The notes under the pieces are model-generated. The model worked only from the letters and a program-made list of their open reading frames with translations. It was not told the DNA's origin and searched no databases. From assembly GCA_000320545.1 (NCBI GenBank), contig ADNK01001866.1, positions 5,201-69,200 of the forward strand: DNA of 64,000 bases. The letters are read 5' to 3'. This stretch comes from Bigelowiella natans CCMP2755 (Eukaryota > Protista > Cercozoa). This document shows positions 56,073-64,000 of the stretch, in pieces; position 1 is the stretch's first letter; each line of letters opens with the position of its first letter. A program made the translations under genes and the position numbers.

Positions 56073-59000
56073 TCATCGCTTTCGGAACTTCACCAACCAC
56101 CAGGTAATAGATTCCTCTCTAACCTTATCTCCTTTGTCGCTTACCCAGAACTCACCTTCGTCCTTAGGTTCGTGTCCATACCAGCCCTCTGCATCAAGGT
56201 CCCCCAGGACCTTATACCAGTGCTCAAAGGGTAAGTCGGGAACAGCTAGGTAGAGTAGCTGATATTTTCCGTCCTTTATTTTCATAGCTACCCTCTCCAT
56301 ATTTCGTAATCCAGGGTAGCCTAGATAGACAATCTTCATGCGCCAATCGTCGTTCACCCTGACCTTATTGTTTCCATATTCCACATCGAACTTAGGTCGG
56401 GGTCCTAAACAAGGCATTGCTCGCTCCCACACAGTAGGGTTTACTTTAACATCCTCTAGGAGCTTCTCACCGATATCATAATTCTTTAGGTGACTGATGT
56501 GGCGCAAGGTGACCCTGTTCCCATCATAGATGTAGTACTGCTTCCTCCCCTTCCTCTCGGTAACCTTTGCAACGCCACCCCAGAAGGGGTCTTGTTTATT
56601 TCTCGATCTCAGATTTACCTTGGCCCTAACATACTGTCCTTCCTTTAGAACTCGGCCATCGTACGGGACCTTCTCGTCTTCGCTCTCGGTATCGTCGTCG
56701 TTGTCGTCGCCTTCTTCCCTCTCCTTATCCTTGATACCTCCCCCAGACGTGAAGGTGTCGTTTACTAACCCTTGTATCTTGTCTGGTGTGGTGCTATTTA
56801 TCCTGCTTAGGTTGGCCAAGGTGCGGTGGAGTCGCTCTACCTTGGAGTTGGACTGGGCATAGTATACAGGTGAGGCATCAATATTAGGGTGTGGTAGCTG
56901 TAGAAGAGAGGTCTCATTATCCACATGTAACTTCTTTGGTATCTTGTTTATGCTAACTTCATCAGGGATAGCCTGGAGCTCAGACTCCCAGGTACGGTAG
57001 CAGTTAGTAAGCCTCTGCTTATATAAGCCTTTGTTCTTCTTAGCAACGTTGACCTTGATAATCTTTTTAACCCAGCACTTTCCAGTGGCCACATCAACGA
57101 AGGTAAGGTAGTGATAGCCATCGTACTTATAAACATCAATTTGCACGATATCTAAGAAGTTCCTTGCTTTGATTTTCTTAGATGCACGGCTCTTGCTGGA
57201 CTCCTTGGTGGCGACGCCTGCCGCCTTCAAGCTGGAGCACCTGCAGCCACGCAGGTATGTCCTTATCTCTTTTAGCTTGTAGGGCCAGTAGTAATGGTAG
57301 AGTAGAGCAGTGATATGGTTTTCTCCTACGTGTGCAGGTCCATGGGCGGTAAAGAGAAGGGCTCCCCTGGTCCGCCGTGGCACGTAGGTACGCCTAACAT
57401 TATTAGTGTATACATATATCCTATCACTAAGTACCTCATGCTTGTGTTTGTATTTATCCAGGTGTTCTTGAAGGTGCCGGAGCTCCTCTGGCTCAGGCAG
57501 GAAGTCGCCGTCCTCGAAGGTAATCGCGTTAACCATAGGGGTGACCTGGGTAGGGACTTTCTTTTCGAACAGCCTGCTGAAATAGTCAGCAAGCTGCTTG
57601 TCTCCTGGTGCGTAGACCACTGTCCTCTTGTCCCTAAACTCTTCCGTGTCCGCCCTCATAGCTGCATACTCATCGTTAGGCGCTTCGAGCTTGCGGTCGA
57701 TGCCTAGGAGGGGCTTGTGGTCAGTCATTAAGGTGAAGCTGGGCACCGACAGCAGGTAGTATCTTAGTTTCCTCTGCGCCTCAGTCATGGCTTTATACTC
57801 TCCTTTTGTAGGGCTGTACTTGGCCTCAGCTGCTGTGCAGGCCCTGCCCCACACCCGTATGATCTGCTGGTCTTGGGTAAGTACAGCAGCCATACCTAGC
57901 TTAGACCAGTCTGTCCATAGGGTAGCTGGTCTAGTAGTGTCTAGCTTAGCATTCAATAGGGTGTTGCTGCATAACTTTATTAGGTTATCGAAGTGGGCAT
58001 CAAGGCCAGCCTTGGCCCACACCTTAGCGAAGCTGAGGCCTACAGAGTTCTCCTTCCGGTAAGCAGTAGTAAAAGCAGCTGCAGTCCTAGCGTAGGTAGG
58101 GGAGAACCTACGTAGTATCCAAGCTGCAGTCTGCAAGAATGACTTTAACTCCTTTGCATTCTTAGGTTTAGGGGCTTGCTGTAGTGCTGCTACTTTCTCG
58201 GGGTTTGGGGTGATGCGGCCTTGCTCCAGGTAATATCCACACCACTTGATTCTTGTAGCTAGGAATGTACACTTCTGCAGTCTAATAGTAAAACCGAAGT
58301 GTGCAAACCTAATAAATATATTTTCCAGGAGGAAGATCTGAGCGACGACTGTGTTGGTACATATTATGTCATCATCCACATACACAAACACAAACACCCA
58401 CAACACAGACGCCATCCCATCATGTGTGTATGCCCTGTAGTTCTGACTACTGAACGCATCCCCTGATATGCTTAGGCCGTAAGGGAATACGACGAAGTGC
58501 CACTTCCTGTGCCTGCTGGAGAACGCGGTAATGGGGCGGGAGGTTTTGTGGATGGGTGTCTGCATGTATGATTCATTTTTATCTAGGGAAGAGTAGTATT
58601 TGTATCCTATGACGTGTTCAATAACGTCATCTATCCTTGGTGTAGGTGTCTGGATCCTCTTTATTACTCGGTTGTGGCGGATGAAGTTGTGCGCCAGGCG
58701 GAAGAAAGGGTAAGTAGGTTTCTTAGCTAGCACATGTCTCACGTTCCATGGTGAGTTGCTTGGCTCTATCTTCCCTTCCTTTGCCCATTCATTGATCTGC
58801 CACTCTATCTTTTCCCAGTCCGCTTCCGGTCGCCTATGTTCTGGGTCATTGATGATGCACTCTTCGTATCCCTTCTTTAGCTCGATCTTTACTGGGGTAA
58901 GCTTGCTGGAGGGCTTCGTCGTCGGCTTGGTGATGTCAGAGTACTTCTCGTTTAATATTTTATTAATGTACTTTTTGCCTTTGTCGATATCCCAATCATC

Positions 59001-61046
59001 AGCTGGGGGGGTCTTGTCCAGTAGCTCCGTTATCTGTCGGATGGTCTTGCCGGGGTTCTTCTTCCGTAGCTCGGTAGGTGTAGGTAGCTTGTTGTCCGCT
59101 AGGTCCATAAACTCTAACGCATTAACGCTTGACTCAGAGGTCCACTCGTCAAGCCGTATCATGTTCTGGCTGATGGTCCTGCCTGACTTCTTTGGCAACT
59201 TAGCAAAGTATATCTTGTGATTGTAGAATGATATGATCCCCCCTAATTTTTCTAGGGCATCCTGTCCGAGGAGTAGTTCCATGGATAAAGTCATGGCTAC
59301 TCGGGTCTTGATTTGGGTCTCCGCGTCGCTGCCAGGTATCTGTAGCTTTAGCATTAGCTCACCGACGGTCTTCATGGAAGAGCTTCCGTCTGCTTGAGCA
59401 TATTTACGTTCTTTCTTAGTCACTTGATCCAATAGTCCTAACCTTCTTACTGTGCTTAGGCTTATGAAGGACTTCGGCATGCTGCCACTATCCCAAAGGG
59501 CAGGTAGTTTCTTGTAGTCTCCGTAGCTGTCTTTAACTTTAACCTTGGTCATAGCAACTTTGATAGTCCTGTTAGCGTCTTCGTCATTAATGTTGCATAC
59601 TCCTAAGTTCTTTATGTCGTCTAGGGTCATGGGCTTGTCTTGGTCCTGCGTTGCTGGTACTGCTGTCTTCGTCGGCGCCTGCTTAAGGTGATCTAATATT
59701 CCGTTTATCTGCTGCTGTATAGCATTGATACTGTTCTGCTTTTTGTTCTTATATTTATTGTTCTTCCCGTTGTTGCTGCCTTGCCATTTGCTGTTGTTAT
59801 ATCCTTGTCCTCTGCCTTTCTTTCTCTTTAACTTCTCGTAGTGTTCGTTGAGCTGCCTGATCGTCATCCTGGGTCGTCCTTCTTTCCTGTCTCTGCAGTC
59901 TTTAGCGGTGTGTTTCCCTTTACGTGAGCAGTATCCGCAACGTCGGTTACCTTCCCTGTCCTTGTACCAGTCTCGCTGCGGCTTAATAGCGTTAATGTTT
60001 CCTATGCCAGGTACCTTAGGGCTGGTAAACTTGCGGTCCTGCTCCTGCTCGCGTAGGGATATAGCCTGCACTGCTGCCTCCATCGTGGTGTAGCCTTTCT
60101 CCGTAACGTAAGTGGATTCCTTTATCTTTAACTTGAACTCTTCAAACCTTGCCTGATCATCACCTGTGTTGTAATTAAAATCATGTAGTTCGTCGATCAT
60201 ATCCTGGAAGCGCGTGGCAAAGTCTCTAACAGGTTCTCTCTCATGCTGCATCATTGCTCTGTATTTTCTAATAGCCTGGGGTAGGGAGTTAGCATCCTGT
60301 TCATTTACAAAAGCCTTCATTATCGCCTCAACGTCTCGTAGCCCACTAACTGTAGTGTGTATTTTCTCTAGCTGCCTGATCCGGGTCCTGCCTGTCTCGT
60401 AAAGGTCCATGGCTTGCTTTATTATAGCTAGCCATTTGAGCTTGTCGTTTTCGGTGGGGTTAGGGGTAAAGTCGCAGAGTATACTCCTAGCGTTCTTCCA
60501 CCACCTCCTTGCCTCACCTCTTTTCCCGTTGTATTTCGTTATCATAACCGGTGCTGTTTTAACAGACATGAACTGGGTGTTCCGCTGTACCGGCTGCTGC
60601 TGCTTGACGGTGCTCTGGGTCGTCCCCCGCGAGGCGCCCAGACCCCCGTCGTTCCTAAACAAAGCTGCCCACTCTGGAGGTAAGTCTGCTTCGTAATCCA
60701 TGATGTCCTGCATGATAGCTGCCCAAACATCATGTGTCTGATACTTGTATTCTATCGATACTTTCAGTTTGGCGTAGTTGCTCGCCCTGGGTCGCAAGGC
60801 TCGTAATGCCATTACGACCTTCTTGCTTTCGGCGGCCACGTCCTCGTCGTCCGCCTCGTAGAAGTTCTCCAGTGCCTCTGCTGCTGCATCTGCTTTCTTA
60901 ATCCCGGGTGCTGGTCCCGGCGGTGCCTGTGGAGGTGTTCCTCCTCCTTCCTTAGCGTCCGTATCGCCCTTCCTTTCCTGTTTCTGCTCGTGCCCTTGCA
61001 CGGCCTGCGAGCCAAAGTCCTGCTGTTCTTCTAGCTGCTGTGACAT
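56073..61046 (-). CDS. Gag-Pol polyprotein (1657 aa): Gag, zinc knuckle, protease, RT, RNase H, integrase, extra C-terminal domain
   Basis: Knuckle CGYCSRKGKHTAKDC; protease ALWDSGS; RT LDKNESYMQ, FPYGL, YVDD; RNase H TDWS, KGEYKA, TDHKPL, LADYFSR; integrase HGPAH...CRC, QIDVY, HVDNE, SNSKVERLHRTL. Confidence 0.95.
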   Translation of the reverse strand: MSQQLEEQQDFGSQAVQGHEQKQERKGDTDAKEGGGTPPQAPPGPAPGIKKADAAAEALENFYEADDEDVAAESKKVVMALRALRPRASNYAKLKVSIEYKYQTHDVWAAIMQDIMDYEADLPPEWAALFRNDGGLGASRGTTQSTVKQQQPVQRNTQFMSVKTAPVMITKYNGKRGEARRWWKNARSILCDFTPNPTENDKLKWLAIIKQAMDLYETGRTRIRQLEKIHTTVSGLRDVEAIMKAFVNEQDANSLPQAIRKYRAMMQHEREPVRDFATRFQDMIDELHDFNYNTGDDQARFEEFKLKIKESTYVTEKGYTTMEAAVQAISLREQEQDRKFTSPKVPGIGNINAIKPQRDWYKDREGNRRCGYCSRKGKHTAKDCRDRKEGRPRMTIRQLNEHYEKLKRKKGRGQGYNNSKWQGSNNGKNNKYKNKKQNSINAIQQQINGILDHLKQAPTKTAVPATQDQDKPMTLDDIKNLGVCNINDEDANRTIKVAMTKVKVKDSYGDYKKLPALWDSGSMPKSFISLSTVRRLGLLDQVTKKERKYAQADGSSSMKTVGELMLKLQIPGSDAETQIKTRVAMTLSMELLLGQDALEKLGGIISFYNHKIYFAKLPKKSGRTISQNMIRLDEWTSESSVNALEFMDLADNKLPTPTELRKKNPGKTIRQITELLDKTPPADDWDIDKGKKYINKILNEKYSDITKPTTKPSSKLTPVKIELKKGYEECIINDPEHRRPEADWEKIEWQINEWAKEGKIEPSNSPWNVRHVLAKKPTYPFFRLAHNFIRHNRVIKRIQTPTPRIDDVIEHVIGYKYYSSLDKNESYMQTPIHKTSRPITAFSSRHRKWHFVVFPYGLSISGDAFSSQNYRAYTHDGMASVLWVFVFVYVDDDIICTNTVVAQIFLLENIFIRFAHFGFTIRLQKCTFLATRIKWCGYYLEQGRITPNPEKVAALQQAPKPKNAKELKSFLQTAAWILRRFSPTYARTAAAFTTAYRKENSVGLSFAKVWAKAGLDAHFDNLIKLCSNTLLNAKLDTTRPATLWTDWSKLGMAAVLTQDQQIIRVWGRACTAAEAKYSPTKGEYKAMTEAQRKLRYYLLSVPSFTLMTDHKPLLGIDRKLEAPNDEYAAMRADTEEFRDKRTVVYAPGDKQLADYFSRLFEKKVPTQVTPMVNAITFEDGDFLPEPEELRHLQEHLDKYKHKHEVLSDRIYVYTNNVRRTYVPRRTRGALLFTAHGPAHVGENHITALLYHYYWPYKLKEIRTYLRGCRCSSLKAAGVATKESSKSRASKKIKARNFLDIVQIDVYKYDGYHYLTFVDVATGKCWVKKIIKVNVAKKNKGLYKQRLTNCYRTWESELQAIPDEVSINKIPKKLHVDNETSLLQLPHPNIDASPVYYAQSNSKVERLHRTLANLSRINSTTPDKIQGLVNDTFTSGGGIKDKEREEGDDNDDDTESEDEKVPYDGRVLKEGQYVRAKVNLRSRNKQDPFWGGVAKVTERKGRKQYYIYDGNRVTLRHISHLKNYDIGEKLLEDVKVNPTVWERAMPCLGPRPKFDVEYGNNKVRVNDDWRMKIVYLGYPGLRNMERVAMKIKDGKYQLLYLAVPDLPFEHWYKVLGDLDAEGWYGHEPKDEGEFWVSDKGDKVREESITWWLVKFRKR

Positions 61047-61062
61047 TGTTAGTCAAATCGTT

Positions 61063-61080
61063 TCCCGTGTGTGGAAGCCA
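61063..61080 (-). promoter_or_regulatory. Primer-binding site TGGCTTCCACACACGGGA
   Basis: TGG-initiated 18-mer lying 5 nt inside the 5' LTR. Its complement ends in CCA like a tRNA 3' end. Confidence 0.75.
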
Positions 61081-61085
61081 AAGGT

Positions 61086-61411
61086 TGTTGCGCGTAAGGT
61101 GTTCACAGGCCGAGGCGCTACGTGCACAAGTAGGCAGGGGGGGGGAAAGGCACGTTTGCTTCCTTTTGAAGAGTTGTGTTTATTTTTATTAAAGATTATA
61201 TTTTTATTAAATCGTGCACTGCGTAATCATTCGCGAAGCTTTCGCGAATGCCGCCGCACGTGGGGCAGCACACTTCCGGTGTGCTGCCATGAGTCCCGCC
61301 GGAACCCACGTGCCTATGCTGTATTAATATCTACGTTATCTATATTCTATATCCGCGACAACCCCTTTGTTGTCGCACGTGACTTGTGCCCGCGTAGTGG
61401 TACGCGCTACA
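61086..61411 (-). repeat. 5' LTR
   Basis: Second LTR copy. On the minus strand, an AT-rich TATA-like segment is followed by hairpins and two AATAAA hexamers. Confidence 0.97.
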
Positions 61412-61947
61412 GCATGCTAGCATGGCCACACACACAACCTGCGCTACCAGGCTAGCAGGCCAGCTTGTTGCTGCCAGCCTGGCATGCAATTTGGCCATCC
61501 ACACACGCACGTCGTCATGTCCACACCCAGGCACGCTGGCATGCCAGCCAGCGCACACATGCACGTGCTAGCGTGTGCACACTGCTAGACTGCTAGACTG
61601 CTGTGGTGGACATTGCTAGATTGCACGTGCATGCAGCCGACGCTACGCTAGGACGTGATGTGAGTCCAACAAGAAGTGTGAGCAACCGGCTAGCTGAGCA
61701 ACGTCTGGAACACGCATGCACATCGCTTGACGAGTGTGTGCGTGTTTTCACGCATGCCCAGCATGCATGCTAGCATGCGCGCACAAAAATGTTGTGTCAC
61801 TTCAAGCACACAGCTAGACACAACTCACCAAATCATGTGCACGGATTCTTGAACAGTTACGACGCCAGCCGCATGGTTCCAATCAGCACATCACACGACG
61901 GTCTGTGATGAATCTACACTTTTCGTAGCATTATGGTCCAAGATTCA

Positions 61948-64000
61948 TCACTCTGCTGCCTCTAGCCCCTTCCCATTGGAATAATCCTTTCGGAGTAAAC
62001 TGTCTGTCAGAGCATCATCGCTCCACGAAGAGCGAATCAGATCTTCTGCTGGCGCCGAGCTTCTATCGGTGCCGAAAGTATATCTATAACTACTGCTAAT
62101 GTCATTGAAGTTACCATTGACGAATCCTGAGCAGGGAAGGAGATGGAGATAGAGTGTTTGGAAAAGTGAAGGGTATGAGTTGCTGCTGCAGAGTTCACAT
62201 AGTTTACAGACGCATCACGCAACATTACCTCCTCTCCCTTCGGACGGTTTGACCGCTGTGCCGTCCTCCTCGTCCAATGCCTCACAGTCGTTGAACCAGA
62301 TGTCCTGGTTGTGACAAAATGATGACGCACAAAGACGATCAGTTAGCAAATAAAATGTGCAGCTGATTACATGTAAAGATAAATCAACAGGAAAGATTGA
62401 TCATAGTGAACATGGTGGTGATGATGATGATGATGATGATGATGATGACGAGAATGGCAATCATTCGAATCCATTTTCCTTCCCTTGCTTCTCTTTCCGG
62501 CCAAAGCTGCAAGTACTATACCACCCCCGAGGTAGGTAAGCTGCTACACCTGTAAGAGCTGTGCAACTTCGACAAAAGACGGCCTTTTGCGCGGCGATTC
62601 CTGCCAGCAGCGATTCATGAGCTGCGTGTATCGGACTGGTAACCGACACCCAGCAGGCAGACGGAGCCGCAAACCGGCCAAAACCTAGCACAGCGATGAT
62701 GGGGAAGGGCGTGGAGGAAATGGTCCGAGTCAATGATGTGCGACACACGATGCGACGACCACAACGACTAGGCACTGCCATATAACTACTAATTCGAGTG
62801 ACGAAGAGCTACAATCGCAAAAACAACTACCATTTGCTGTATATCCAGAGTCCTGCGAACAGACACGTAAGGGTACCGACGCGTGGCAATCTGTAGTAGT
62901 TTATTTAGCATTGTTGAGAGAAGATGAGACAATAACGTCCTGTTTTTTTATTACAACCACTGCTTACGATGATCGATCGCTTATAACTACCTACTATATC
63001 TAATACCTCCCAAAGGATGATGCTAAATGCAAATACGTCCACCTCGTAGCCGTAAAGCGATGTGTTCGATTTGTGATCGGATTTTATCTGGTGGAGGTAT
63101 ATTGATGATGATGGTGATGATGATGATGATGATGATGACGTCGATGATAGTGATGCTAGCGAGGAAGGTGGTGCTGTGTGATAGCAAGGATTTATGATTT
63201 ATTTAAAGAAGAAAAAAAGAACAAACTTTACAATCACCGCCACGGACATCCATCACCAACCTCGGGAGCTCCTCCTCCATTCTCGGCACTTGGGAAGTAG
63301 ATGTGCTCAAGAAGCTCGGGGGCCATGTATTCGATAGTGCCTACCGCTGTGTGGGGGGGGAGATTGAGGGATTCTCAGCGAGGCAGGAAGGGGCAGGCTC
63401 TTGTTGATGTTGTATAATGGATGGTTGCGTGGATTATCTCGTCGTTGCCGTTGTTGTTGTTGTTGTTGTTGTTGTTGTTGCTGTTTTTTTGTGTGGACAA
63501 GATAAAATTGTTGGTTCACCTGCCGTCATTGGCTTTCTAATTTGAGCTCGGTAGCGCTCACGCCGCTGACGATCCTGGTGACCATAGCTGATATTGATCC
63601 CTGGGGAAGGAGAAAGGGGGGGGGAGGATGAGGAGGAAGGACGTAAATATTGGTGATGACGATAGTGATGATAATAATAATGGCAATTCAGCATAAAAAA
63701 CCGTATGCTTCAAGATAACACTAACCTCCTTCCAGCACCGGCGAATAGCTTTCTGTGAAAGAGGTCTCCTCTGAAAACTCCATTGTTGACTCGCGCTGGC
63801 CTCCCCCCGTTCCTCCTCCTCCTCCTCCTCCACCACCACCTCCTCGTCCTCCCGTTTTCCAGTTGACTCGTTACAGAATACTCTTTTTTGACTTCCACCC
63901 GAATGAAGCCACGGTGATGCGACCGCCGATCATTTTTGGGGGGGCTTAACCCAAGATGGGGGAGTAGAGGGGAACACCCGTCATAGAGGAGGAGAGGGGG
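61948..64000 (-). CDS. 3' part of a TKL-type protein kinase (5' end outside window)
   Basis: Spliced MTAAVGTIEYMAPELL (subdomain VIII), VDVFAFSIILWEIATRRYPY (IX), LMNRCWQESPRKRPSF (XI). Stop TGA at 61948-61950. Confidence 0.88.

Larger units (their letters stand above)
55696..61411 (-). mobile_element. Intact Ty3/gypsy-order LTR retrotransposon, recent insertion
   Basis: Two 326-bp direct repeats with TG...CA ends that read identical; GCAT duplication at 55692-55695 and 61412-61415; PBS and PPT in the correct places; single Gag-Pol ORF in PR-RT-RH-IN order. Confidence 0.97.

Noticed and set aside
53593-61411. P450 as cargo of the retrotransposon
   Set aside because: The P450 lies outside the LTR pair and the target-site duplication.

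Overview
Intron-rich, microsatellite-rich eukaryotic nuclear DNA. Two genes have bipartite-like signal/transit leaders, which points to an alga with a complex plastid; a chlorarachniophyte is my best guess, not proven. Manual splicing gives about 14 host genes: a partial unknown gene, a large PPR protein, a COPI-associated/EF-hand protein, a protein with three tandem cysteine-dioxygenase domains, cyclophilin PPIL3, a small plastid-type membrane protein, Trm8/METTL1, an ABHD13-like hydrolase, SLU7, a C2+RhoGAP protein, a CAP-Gly coiled-coil protein, an unknown gene, an AP2-domain factor, an intronless cytochrome P450 and a partial TKL-type kinase. There is also one intact, very recent Ty3/gypsy-order LTR retrotransposon (55696-61411, minus strand; identical 326-bp LTRs; GCAT target-site duplication). 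The most notable signals are: (1) the element's Pol ends in a degenerate DIRS/Dam-type N6-adenine-methyltransferase-like domain where chromoviruses carry a chromodomain, and its integrase is DD27E; (2) the triple-CDO protein, in which only domain 1 keeps the cross-link Cys, and which needs a GG-AG intron; (3) the 3' LTR lies 400 bp upstream of the intronless P450, in the same orientation; (4) a GCATGC/GCTAGC-rich island follows essentially every gene 3' end, and some islands carry a short dispersed repeat. All exon structures are by-eye reconstructions; no database searches were run.
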